A stretch of 64,000 nucleotides of DNA from Chlorobiota bacterium (lineage in GTDB: Bacteria > Bacteroidota > Ignavibacteria > Kapaibacteriales > NICIL-2): positions 12,261 through 76,260 of the forward strand of contig JAOAEV010000109.1 in NCBI GenBank assembly GCA_026416585.1. Direction: 5' to 3'. A program made the position numbers and the translations under genes. Within the stretch, counting starts at the first letter, position 1; every line of letters starts with the position of its first letter. The notes beneath the pieces are model-generated. The model was not told the origin of the DNA and searched no databases. It saw only the letters and a list, made by a program, of their open reading frames with translations. Positions 22,327 to 30,741 of the stretch are shown here, one piece after another.

Positions 22327-22668
22327 TTACTTACGACCTTTCTTTTGGGTAGTAGGGGGTGCGGGCGGTGCTTCTGGCAATGGTTCTCCCAAATTGCCTG
22401 GATGCCCATTAATGCGTGATTGAAGTAGTGCTTGAGTTTCTTTACACCGCTTCAGCTCACTATCACGGGATGACAGTTCGCGTTCAAGTCTTTGCTTCCG
22501 GGACTGCGCATCACTGATGGACTGTGCCAACTGCACTTCACGTGCACGGAGCTGTTTGAGTTCTGCAAGCTGGTCAGGTTGTATCATCTTCGTGCAACCT
22601 GAAACCATACCACCAAGCAGCACAATGACTCCCGTGCTGAGCCAGTGCCACCGCAAGAAATGCTTCAT
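22327..22668 (-). CDS. Small coiled-coil lipoprotein (start trimmed to MKHFL)
   Basis: It has a signal peptide and lipobox (LLGGMVSGC). The coiled coil contains ELKRCKETQ, matching DLKRCQDEN in the neighbouring lipoprotein. Confidence 0.45.
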   Translation of the reverse strand: MKHFLRWHWLSTGVIVLLGGMVSGCTKMIQPDQLAELKQLRAREVQLAQSISDAQSRKQRLERELSSRDSELKRCKETQALLQSRINGHPGNLGEPLPEAPPAPPTTQKKGRK

Positions 22669-22779
22669 AGGGATGCCCCACTGATATAGTTGGACAATTG
22701 CCGCTGCAAATATACGTGCCATGTATTCTTGAAGTATTTCAAAAGCATTAGGGATTACCGTGACACGAAATTCTTCGAA

Positions 22780-23697
22780 TCAATTTCTTTGCAAGTCGAG
22801 CACCTGTCGATAGAGGCGATATGCAGCACCAAACCGAAGTCCGCGTGTACTGACGATGACCACGTCGTGGTTGAGTACATCGAGAAAAACAGCCAAGATC
22901 AAGCAGCCTGCAGGAAGAATATTCGCCCGCTGCGGATGTACTGCCGGTATGGAGCGCAACTGGTCAACTGAACAGCGAGTAAGCTCTTCACATAGCTCCT
23001 CAATTACAGACTTCCTAATCTTGTAGCCTTCAATTGCAGACGGGTCGAAGCGATCAAGTCCTGCAGCAATGCATGCCAGAGTAGTCGGTGTTCCTGCCAC
23101 CCCGAACAGCTGGCCAACATCTAGTGCTGGTAACGACTCAGTAATCTGTTCACGAACGAACTGGCTGGCAAGCTTCAGATTTGCCGCGGGTATTGGATAT
23201 GTATTCCAGAATCGCTCCGCGATGCGTAGAGCGCCTATCTCGAGACTCACACGAAATTCAACTCGATCCCCGTTCCCGACAACCAATTCAGTACTACCAC
23301 CCCCGATATCGAGTACAGCCGCACGATGACCAAACGGGACAGTACCATTGTATATCAGCTCCGCTTCAAGATCACCGGAAATTATCTCGATTGGTGCACC
23401 CCATATCTCGGCAAGCTTTTCTGCAACCACGGAAGCATTAGAGGCTCTACGGAGTGCACTAGTCCCAACAGCACCTCGCTGCTGAACACAAAACATTTCC
23501 GCCATCATACGATACTCGCTGACAATCTGAGACGCCCTCTCAAGGGCAGCGTCCGATATTATACCTGTTTGGTCCAATCCCTCACCTAATCGAGCGATAC
23601 GGTGCTCATCGGCAACCATACGCAACTCGGCATTGGTAATATCTGCCACAAGCATCAGAAGCGTATTCGTTCCAATGTCAAGCATTGCAACTCTCAT
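22780..23697 (-). CDS. ppx: Ppx/GppA-family phosphatase (exopolyphosphatase / guanosine pentaphosphate phosphohydrolase)
   Basis: The ASKHA-fold motifs MLDIGTNTLLMLVAD, AVLDIGGGSTEL and LFGVAGTPTTLA are present. Confidence 0.75.
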   Translation of the reverse strand: MRVAMLDIGTNTLLMLVADITNAELRMVADEHRIARLGEGLDQTGIISDAALERASQIVSEYRMMAEMFCVQQRGAVGTSALRRASNASVVAEKLAEIWGAPIEIISGDLEAELIYNGTVPFGHRAAVLDIGGGSTELVVGNGDRVEFRVSLEIGALRIAERFWNTYPIPAANLKLASQFVREQITESLPALDVGQLFGVAGTPTTLACIAAGLDRFDPSAIEGYKIRKSVIEELCEELTRCSVDQLRSIPAVHPQRANILPAGCLILAVFLDVLNHDVVIVSTRGLRFGAAYRLYRQVLDLQRN

Positions 23698-24551
23698 CGG
23701 CGTACCATCGTCAGTGCGGCCCATTCATCAGAGATTTTTTGGCTGTGCTGGTCAAATCCAACAGACTGATACGCAGCGACAACTTCATCACATTGCTGCG
23801 TAAGGATCCCGCTGAGCACAAGCCATCCTCCCGTGGATAGTGCGTTAGCAAATTGCTGCGCCAGGCGAACAAGTAGAGGAGAGGTCAAATTTGCTACTAT
23901 ACCATCACAGGTTGGGTAGCAGTAGAGGAGTGCATCATGGGTGCTAATCTCGACGATGTGTTCGCATTTGTTTCGTTGGATGTTTTCACACGCATTTTCA
24001 ACGGCATCAAGATCGTTTTCAATGCCAATTACATGCCCAGCTCCGAGCTTTGCTGCGACAATAGCCAACAACCCGCTTCCGGTACCGACATCAATCCATT
24101 TCGATCCAGGTTCGACGGTTTCGAGTAAACACTCAGCACAAAGGCGCGTCGTTGCGTGATGACCAGTACCGAATGCCATCTTGGGCTCGATAATAATAAT
24201 GTTTGCTTTTTCGAAGTGCGTGGCATGATCCCAGCTATCTGGTTTGTCGAATGGTACGATCAGAAATTTTTTATCGATGGCGATTGGCTCCAGTGAGCGA
24301 CGCCACTGATCGAGCCAGTCTGCATCTTGGGTCACCTGGAAAGATTCCACTTCGACTGGCAGACCAACCGAGCCGAGCCGTTCGTGAAACCAGTCTGGGA
24401 TGGGTATGTGATTGGCATCATTGCGCAACCATATCACGATAGAATTTCCGTACTGCTCCGCGCCAAGGAACCAACTTTCTTGGAGAAACGCAATAATGGT
24501 ATCGTGATATTCTTCGGCTGCTCGAAGCTCAACGCGTATGAATTGTTTCAT
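23694..24551 (-). CDS. prmA: Ribosomal protein L11 methyltransferase
   Basis: IDVGTGSGLLAIVAAKLGA is the SAM motif, in a PrmA-like architecture of 285 aa. Confidence 0.8.
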   Translation of the reverse strand: MKQFIRVELRAAEEYHDTIIAFLQESWFLGAEQYGNSIVIWLRNDANHIPIPDWFHERLGSVGLPVEVESFQVTQDADWLDQWRRSLEPIAIDKKFLIVPFDKPDSWDHATHFEKANIIIIEPKMAFGTGHHATTRLCAECLLETVEPGSKWIDVGTGSGLLAIVAAKLGAGHVIGIENDLDAVENACENIQRNKCEHIVEISTHDALLYCYPTCDGIVANLTSPLLVRLAQQFANALSTGGWLVLSGILTQQCDEVVAAYQSVGFDQHSQKISDEWAALTMVRR

Positions 24552-25579
24552 CAGAGAGGAACTGGATTGTCCGAATAAAGCAACGCCAGAACGACACGAG
24601 CAACACTACTCATTGTCTCCCCTGAAATGTTGTCGAGGTCGTCATTAGTCGTGTGCCAATAGCGTCTTCGCTCAACAGAAGAGCGGTTTCCCACCAATTC
24701 CTGATCGATAATATTTATCGACGGGATCCCAACAGAAATCAGTGGAAGGTGATCATCAACGATGCTGCCTGCTATACGATCCGTAAAATGTCCGTTGCCA
24801 TACAATGCACCAAGCTTCCACAGGCGTTCGACCAATGCGGCAGCAGAAGTATGAGAATTTTCCTCGATAGGGAAAACTGCATGATGGTCCCCGACCAAGT
24901 CGAAGAGGATCGCGTACCGTGGTCGGATAGGGAACGGGAAGTTTTGTGCAAAGTGTTTTGATCCTAAGCAAAACATCGTCTCATCCGACGATGCTCCCAT
25001 GTCTTCAGCATCAAAAAGAGCAATATCCACACCGACCCCGTGAGGCGGGGTAAGGCTAAGCAGTCTTGCCAGCTCCAAAACAACTGCCACGCCACTGCCA
25101 CCATCATTTGCACCAGGTACTGGACGATTCCGATTCGAAGGCAAAGGATCTTCGTCGGCGTACGGACGTGAATCCCAGTGCGCACAAATGAGTACACGAT
25201 CAGCTCGCGATGGATACAAACGTGCCAGGATGTTCACGCAAGGATATTGTTTCCCGTACACTGACGCTATGAAATGCTGCTCATAAACAGTGTCTGCATA
25301 GCGAGCAAGTTGTGCAGTCAACCACAGCAGGCAGCGACGATGGGATTCAGTACCTGGGATGCGAGGTCCAAAGGCAAGCTGGCGTCGAACATACTCGATA
25401 AGACTGTCAGCATTGGGTTGTGGAAAGGCAACTGACTGTTCAGGTATGTGCTGTGTTTTGCTTCCGGCAGAACGACCGTTATGCGAACAATTACCGCTGC
25501 ATCCAGTGTTATATGCTGCCAGCGCGATTGCCGCGATCCATAGTCCAATCCGGATCAGAACTTTGTATTGAGTTAGCAT
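24551..25579 (-). CDS. M28-fold lipoprotein (aminopeptidase or glutaminyl-cyclase-like)
   Basis: It has a signal peptide and a Cys lipobox. The metal-site region reads ICAHWDSRPYAD...GANDGGSGVAVVLELARLL. Confidence 0.65.
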   Translation of the reverse strand: MLTQYKVLIRIGLWIAAIALAAYNTGCSGNCSHNGRSAGSKTQHIPEQSVAFPQPNADSLIEYVRRQLAFGPRIPGTESHRRCLLWLTAQLARYADTVYEQHFIASVYGKQYPCVNILARLYPSRADRVLICAHWDSRPYADEDPLPSNRNRPVPGANDGGSGVAVVLELARLLSLTPPHGVGVDIALFDAEDMGASSDETMFCLGSKHFAQNFPFPIRPRYAILFDLVGDHHAVFPIEENSHTSAAALVERLWKLGALYGNGHFTDRIAGSIVDDHLPLISVGIPSINIIDQELVGNRSSVERRRYWHTTNDDLDNISGETMSSVARVVLALLYSDNPVPL

Positions 25580-25669
25580 AACGAAACAAAACTACGGTGA
25601 GTCGAGCACGAAATTTGCCAAGCCATCGTCATACCAATTGGTATAACGAACAATCATCAGGAGAAAAGC

Positions 25670-26092
25670 ATGGAGCAACAAGACGGGCGCTATTTGCGCG
25701 GCTTTCTTGCTGGCGCATTGGTTGGTGGCATGGCCGGTGCGATCACAGCGCTTCTTTTGGCACCAAAAAGCGGGCGGGAATTGCGACGAGATATCGCTGA
25801 GCGTACCAGTGAGCTCTACGACAAGGCATACGAAACTCTCAATCCTAAAGCCATTGGGGAAGAAGTTCCACCTGTTACGATCAACAGCGGCAAAATGCGT
25901 GCTCAGCAAATCGTACAAGCTGCCCGAGAGCAGGCTGAAGAATTGCTTTCGAGTGCCGAAAAGATTCTTCGCGACGCTCGCACAAAAGCTGAACATGCTA
26001 AAGAGCAAATACAAGAGAACATCGAGCGTGTCCGCGAAGCCGCAAAAGCAAGTGTCGATGCATTCAAAAGTGAATTATCAAGCGGAGAATAA
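25670..26092 (+). CDS. YtxH-domain protein
   Basis: GFLAGALVGGMAGAITALLLAPKSGRELRRD is the YtxH N-terminal signature. The remainder is helical and rich in Glu/Lys/Ala. Confidence 0.6.
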   Translation: MEQQDGRYLRGFLAGALVGGMAGAITALLLAPKSGRELRRDIAERTSELYDKAYETLNPKAIGEEVPPVTINSGKMRAQQIVQAAREQAEELLSSAEKILRDARTKAEHAKEQIQENIERVREAAKASVDAFKSELSSGE

Positions 26093-26506
26093 ATGACAGA
26101 AACCTTCTTCTACGTAGCAACTGCTGTAGTCGTTACAGCAGCGGTGGGCGTTGTGATTTTGGTAGTCCGGTTATTATCGAAACTGACTCGCGTTGTCGAT
26201 CAAACACGTTCAACATTAGAGCGGGCAGAAAAGTTATTGGGACATCTTTCAGATGCTCTCCCCGCGACGCTAGAAAGTATCGAAAAGCTTGCCGGAAGAA
26301 CCACACACACATTGGACAATGCAGACCGTCAATTGAATGTTTTGGGTGAAGCCCTAGAGCAGTTCCAGCAGATATCACGGCGAATTAACTCATTCGAGCA
26401 GCGATTGCAAGAAAAAGTCGAAGGACCGTTGATGGATGCAGCAAAAGTTGTCGCTGGCGTAACAAAAGCGATCAAAGTGTTTGCCGACGCATTCAACCGA
26501 CGATGA
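26093..26506 (+). CDS. DUF948-like membrane-anchored coiled-coil protein (the usual partner of YtxH)
   Basis: It has an N-terminal TM helix followed by a helical domain. The adjacency with a YtxH gene matches the ytxG/ytxH arrangement. The start codon abuts the upstream stop. Confidence 0.5.
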   Translation: MTETFFYVATAVVVTAAVGVVILVVRLLSKLTRVVDQTRSTLERAEKLLGHLSDALPATLESIEKLAGRTTHTLDNADRQLNVLGEALEQFQQISRRINSFEQRLQEKVEGPLMDAAKVVAGVTKAIKVFADAFNRR

Positions 26507-26515
26507 ATGTCAGCA

Positions 26516-27112
26516 TCAGGGTATAGTCGGGCTCGATGCTGGTTCTGCGAGGGAGAATTTCCACTTGGCAAACGCGTATAATCCAAAAAGCAGGGCACCA
26601 TACAGGCCATCCCCTAAAAGCGCATTGCGAACTAATGAAAAGGGCTCTAGTCCATTGACATGGTAAAAGGGAACGGCCATCGCATAACACATCATTAGTC
26701 CATCGAGGGTGCGCGGGTACATCGAACTAAGCAGCCATACAAAAAAGTTGGTAACGACAAAAAACACCGTCGAACCAAGGAGCAAACTGCCAATAATCCG
26801 TACCACAGAACGCCTGTGTTTGGCGATATACCGACTTATCCCCACAATAAAAACAAATGTACCATATACAACTGGCAGCATGCCATGAAAGAGATAGCCC
26901 GCTTCATTGTTGATAAGAGCAAGTGCGATATCACTGGTAAGCATGGTTGAGAGAACCAATGCGATGGATAGCGGCAGCGACGAATACGTCCATCCGGCAA
27001 ATACAGCCATTGCAGTTATTGGAGCAAAATTTGGTGGATGTGGCAAGACTCTGCTCATTGCTGCCACGAAAAGAAGTATTCCAGGTATGGCACGCTTTAG
27101 AGATTCTGTCAT
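26516..27112 (-). CDS. Polytopic membrane protein of unknown function (possibly an ECF-type substrate-capture component)
   Basis: Five or six TM helices and a VLPHPPNFAPITAMAVF N-terminal motif. I recognised no catalytic motif. Confidence 0.45.
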   Translation of the reverse strand: MTESLKRAIPGILLFVAAMSRVLPHPPNFAPITAMAVFAGWTYSSLPLSIALVLSTMLTSDIALALINNEAGYLFHGMLPVVYGTFVFIVGISRYIAKHRRSVVRIIGSLLLGSTVFFVVTNFFVWLLSSMYPRTLDGLMMCYAMAVPFYHVNGLEPFSLVRNALLGDGLYGALLFGLYAFAKWKFSLAEPASSPTIP

Positions 27113-27215
27113 TTCACGGCTTAGGGAAATAAATACAATTGCAAAAATAGGAAGGCTGTTAGATGTATGAATTTTACATAATCAACCTTGTATTTCAATA
27201 CAGACCTATGCGGAC

Positions 27216-28529
27216 CTATAGTGACAAATCAATCGCGATGGTTGTACCAACTGACGGAATTGAACGGAGAATGATTAGTTTCCCGCGATGGTATTCCTCA
27301 ATGATACGCTTTGAGAGACTCAAGCCGAGACCCCAGCCACGTTCTTTAGTCGTGTAACCTGCGATGTGTGCATACCGACGTTGTTCTGGGGTCATGCCAC
27401 GCCCATTATCGCTGATTGCAACTCGGAGAATCTGCTCCGAGCGACGAGCTTTTTTAGTGAGCTTTTGTATGGAAACTACAATACGACCTTCACGTTGCTC
27501 GATGGCTTCAATTGCATTCTTAATGAGATTCTCGATGACCCAGCTAAGCAATTCAGCATTGATCGCTACAGAACAAGATTGGACGGCATAATCTCGTTCG
27601 ATAACAATTGTTTTTGTGTGTTTTGGTAGACGTGTTTCCATATATCGCACCGAACGCTCAACGACCTCGACAACATCATGCGCACTCAATATTGGTTGTG
27701 AACCGATAAGCGAGAAACGCCGCGAAATTTCACTGAGGCGCTGAATGTCCGCCTGGAGTTCCGATAATGCCTGCAATACTGCTGCGTCGCCCACACTAAC
27801 ATTACCATTAGAGAGGGAATCCTGAAGAATTTCCAACCATCCGAGCATACTAGAAATCGGAGTTCCTAATTGATGAGCAGTCTCTTTTGCCATACCAACC
27901 CAGATAAGCGATTCGTCACGGCGGCGCTGCATACTGAGTGCGCCATATCCTGCAGCAATAAACAATGAGACAATCGCAATTTCTGCGTATGGCAATACAC
28001 GAAGTCGTTTGACAACCCACGAATTGGTGTAATAGATGTAGTTAATGACGCGACCAGAAGTATCCCGAATTTCAATCGGTGGATATTCTTGAGCCATACG
28101 AGCGACAAGTTGCTGAACATATCGCCTGTGTTCTTCCTTGCTCGGCACGTCCCGGAAATCAAGATTCAACGTAAACTGTTCAAGAGGCTCGAGCGGTATC
28201 CCCATTGAATCTGTAATGATGCATGGAAAGTCGATCGTCGGTGTAACACGATCGAGCAAAAACAATCCTTCAATAGAGTTTGAGGTCGCAAAGCTTTCCA
28301 ATATTTGTGCATAGAACCGCACCAACCGCTGCTCGCGCGCAATGAGTGTAGTGACCAGCCGTTGCGTATAAATCAGTACTCCCCCACTGATTAAGACTGC
28401 CACGATTGTAAACCCCAGAGTCATGAATCGTCGCCGGAGCAGTTGCCGCTCTGACCACGTCGCTGAGCGCTTGTGCGCTGCTACTTGTTTGTCTTGAGCT
28501 TTGGTTACTCGTTTCATCCATTTCAACAT
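27216..28529 (-). CDS. Sensor histidine kinase (two TM helices, HisKA, HATPase_c)
   Basis: H-box AHQLGTPISSMLGWLEIL, N-box VIENLIKNAIEA, G1 ISDNGRGM and G2 GWGLGLSL are all present. Confidence 0.75.
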   Translation of the reverse strand: MLKWMKRVTKAQDKQVAAHKRSATWSERQLLRRRFMTLGFTIVAVLISGGVLIYTQRLVTTLIAREQRLVRFYAQILESFATSNSIEGLFLLDRVTPTIDFPCIITDSMGIPLEPLEQFTLNLDFRDVPSKEEHRRYVQQLVARMAQEYPPIEIRDTSGRVINYIYYTNSWVVKRLRVLPYAEIAIVSLFIAAGYGALSMQRRRDESLIWVGMAKETAHQLGTPISSMLGWLEILQDSLSNGNVSVGDAAVLQALSELQADIQRLSEISRRFSLIGSQPILSAHDVVEVVERSVRYMETRLPKHTKTIVIERDYAVQSCSVAINAELLSWVIENLIKNAIEAIEQREGRIVVSIQKLTKKARRSEQILRVAISDNGRGMTPEQRRYAHIAGYTTKERGWGLGLSLSKRIIEEYHRGKLIILRSIPSVGTTIAIDLSL

Positions 28530-28562
28530 ACGCTTCGCAGATCGAGCACCACAATGGGCGCA

Positions 28563-28949
28563 TCACGGTTCTGATTCTACGACCAAGAATCTTGGTGCAT
28601 CAAAAGATTTGATCTGCCACCGACCATGGTGAAGGTGGATTGGTATCGTGCAGAGTTGTCCTGCATGCTCGATGACAACATGTACTTCCCCGTCATGGAC
28701 AAATTGGAAATCTTCCATGTATATCGCCTCGCTTGCGGCTAACTGAGCAAAATCCGCAGCAAGTCGTAGCCCACGGATCACGAAACGATGTATTGTTCCC
28801 GATTGACGATGCTCGACTTCAAGCCGATACGGCAATCCCGCAAAGCTTTGCAGCGTCTGAATATGAACACGAAAAAGATACCGTTCACGCTGCGCAGGAG
28901 AATACTTGAGGAGCCTTAGTACGACGCGATATTGTGAACTATCGGACAT
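28563..28949 (-). CDS. Hypothetical 128-aa protein
   Basis: Its start overlaps the hisS stop by 1 nt and it lies 33 nt upstream of the histidine kinase. I saw no recognisable motif. Confidence 0.45.
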   Translation of the reverse strand: MSDSSQYRVVLRLLKYSPAQRERYLFRVHIQTLQSFAGLPYRLEVEHRQSGTIHRFVIRGLRLAADFAQLAASEAIYMEDFQFVHDGEVHVVIEHAGQLCTIPIHLHHGRWQIKSFDAPRFLVVESEP

Positions 28950-30199
28950 CAGCTCGATAGTAAATGTTCAACATGCACACAAATCGTTTGTGGGTCTTGC
29001 GGTAGCACAAATTGTTCACCACGAGCCATGTCTTTGACGGTCGCACAACCATCTGGAATACCAAGAAGTAGCGCGATTCTGTACCCCATCCGATCGGCGG
29101 TGCGAAGCTGTGCTTTGAGCGAACGATAGTTCAAATCCGCGGTTACAGCGATCCGATGCTTACGTAACATCATCGCCAATGCGTGAACGTGTTCGCGCTG
29201 GTCAATCGTTGCTGCGATGTATACGATTGCCTTCCAGCGATCCTGCTGTACCAAGCTGTTTTCAATTAACAGAAGACGTTCAACACCAATGCCAAACCCA
29301 ACACCCGGTAAGCGATCACCGCCCAACCGTGCTATCAGGTTATCGTAGCGCCCGCCACCACCAACTGCATCCTGCGCTCCAAGGAGTGTTGACCGCAACT
29401 CGAACACCGTGTGGGTGTAGTAATCAAGTCCACGAACTAACGTAGTATCCTCAACGAACGGAATGGAAAGGCGATGGAGTAAATCTTTGACTGTCTCGTA
29501 TCTTGATATACTTTCATGACTGAGTTGGTCGAGTAGTCGGGGTGCATCTGCGATGATACGGCGATCTCTATCGTCTTTTGAATCAAGAATACGCAAGGGG
29601 TTGGTGCGCAACCGTTGCTGCGATATTTCACTCAAATCGTAGTGGTAACGTTCGAGGTATTCTACGAGGCGCTCGCGATAACGTTTTTGTTCTTCTTCTG
29701 TGCCGAGTGTATTCAGAACAACTGTCACATAATCACCATTGCAGAGGGATGAGACGATATCCCACGCCAGAGCAATAATTTCTACATCGGCATCCTGGCT
29801 ATCGTAGCCGAGACATTCAGCACCAATCTGATGAAACTGCCGCTGCCGTCCTTTCTGGGGACGTTCATAACGGAAACACGGTCCGTAATACCACAAACGT
29901 AGATTCGCAAAATGTTTATGAAGGGCATGCTCCACAATTGCACGAGCAACAGACGCTGTCAGTTCTGGTCGGAGCGCGAGCAATTCTCCCGATCGATCTG
30001 GGAACACATACATTTCTTTGCCTACTGCATCAGTATCGCTACCGACCCCATGGTAAAAGAGTTCCGCATACTCAACAATAGGTGTGCGTATCTCTTTGTA
30101 ATCATATAGCCGCATGCACTCAGTGATGCTTGCCTCAATGCGGTGCCATCGAGGAATATCATCAGGGAGAATATCATGCATCCCGCGGACAGACTGCAT
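28949..30199 (-). CDS. hisS: Histidine--tRNA ligase
   Basis: The class II motifs are present (motif 2 FRYERPQKGRQRQFHQIG, motif 3 GGGRYD), the anticodon-binding domain is present, and the length is 416 aa. Confidence 0.9.
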   Translation of the reverse strand: MQSVRGMHDILPDDIPRWHRIEASITECMRLYDYKEIRTPIVEYAELFYHGVGSDTDAVGKEMYVFPDRSGELLALRPELTASVARAIVEHALHKHFANLRLWYYGPCFRYERPQKGRQRQFHQIGAECLGYDSQDADVEIIALAWDIVSSLCNGDYVTVVLNTLGTEEEQKRYRERLVEYLERYHYDLSEISQQRLRTNPLRILDSKDDRDRRIIADAPRLLDQLSHESISRYETVKDLLHRLSIPFVEDTTLVRGLDYYTHTVFELRSTLLGAQDAVGGGGRYDNLIARLGGDRLPGVGFGIGVERLLLIENSLVQQDRWKAIVYIAATIDQREHVHALAMMLRKHRIAVTADLNYRSLKAQLRTADRMGYRIALLLGIPDGCATVKDMARGEQFVLPQDPQTICVHVEHLLSS

Positions 30200-30202
30200 T
30201 GA

Positions 30203-30685
30203 TCAAGCTCCGGTCGTTGCCGTAGATAATTGATGCAACGCACGATATGCTTCCTCGGCAGTCTCTGCATCAAGGACTGCATGCCGGAATTGCTCGACAC
30301 TACTATCAGTACAAATCATACGCGATATTTTCCCAAGTAGTTGGAGGTGTGTCCGCACATCCGCTGGGGGACCTAACAATAAAATGGCAATATCGACCGG
30401 ATTGCTATCAAGAGCATCGTATTCGACTGCTTCAGCACAGGTAACCAACGATGCTGTTGTTAGGGGGACCGCATTTGTTTTTGCGTGCGGTAAGGCGATA
30501 CCGTGACCAATACCAGTGGAGAGTTTTTCTTCTCTTTCGAATATCGCATTCCGCGCTGCTTCACGATCGAGCACCAGGTGCTGCTCGACTAGAATATCCA
30601 GCAGTGCATCGAGAAGCTCAACCTTATTGGAAACACTGATACGAATGCGGATTCTTTCTGGCGCAAGTACATCGGTTAACGTCAT
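30203..30685 (-). CDS. ptsN: PTS EIIA type-2 (PtsN / EIIA-Ntr-like) regulatory protein
   Basis: GIGHGIALPHAK holds the active-site His, and the protein has an EIIA-Fru/Ntr fold of about 160 aa. I trimmed the start to MTLTDVL. Confidence 0.7.
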   Translation of the reverse strand: MTLTDVLAPERIRIRISVSNKVELLDALLDILVEQHLVLDREAARNAIFEREEKLSTGIGHGIALPHAKTNAVPLTTASLVTCAEAVEYDALDSNPVDIAILLLGPPADVRTHLQLLGKISRMICTDSSVEQFRHAVLDAETAEEAYRALHQLSTATTGA

Positions 30686-30741
30686 CGGTCGCCTTGAGTA
30701 AGGTATTACGCGACAATATCGCAAAATTAGACACGGGTGCT

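Noticed and set aside
25592-26014. 140-aa minus-strand ORF opposite the YtxH gene
   Set aside because: The plus-strand frame carries the recognisable YtxH N-terminal motif and is followed by its usual DUF948 partner. The minus-strand ORF has no features.
27113-27215. AT-rich 103-nt spacer containing AGGAAGGCTG, which partially resembles the SRP RNA domain IV motif
   Set aside because: There is no extended helix or conserved GNRA tetraloop context. The region is AT-rich promoter-like sequence between two minus-strand genes.
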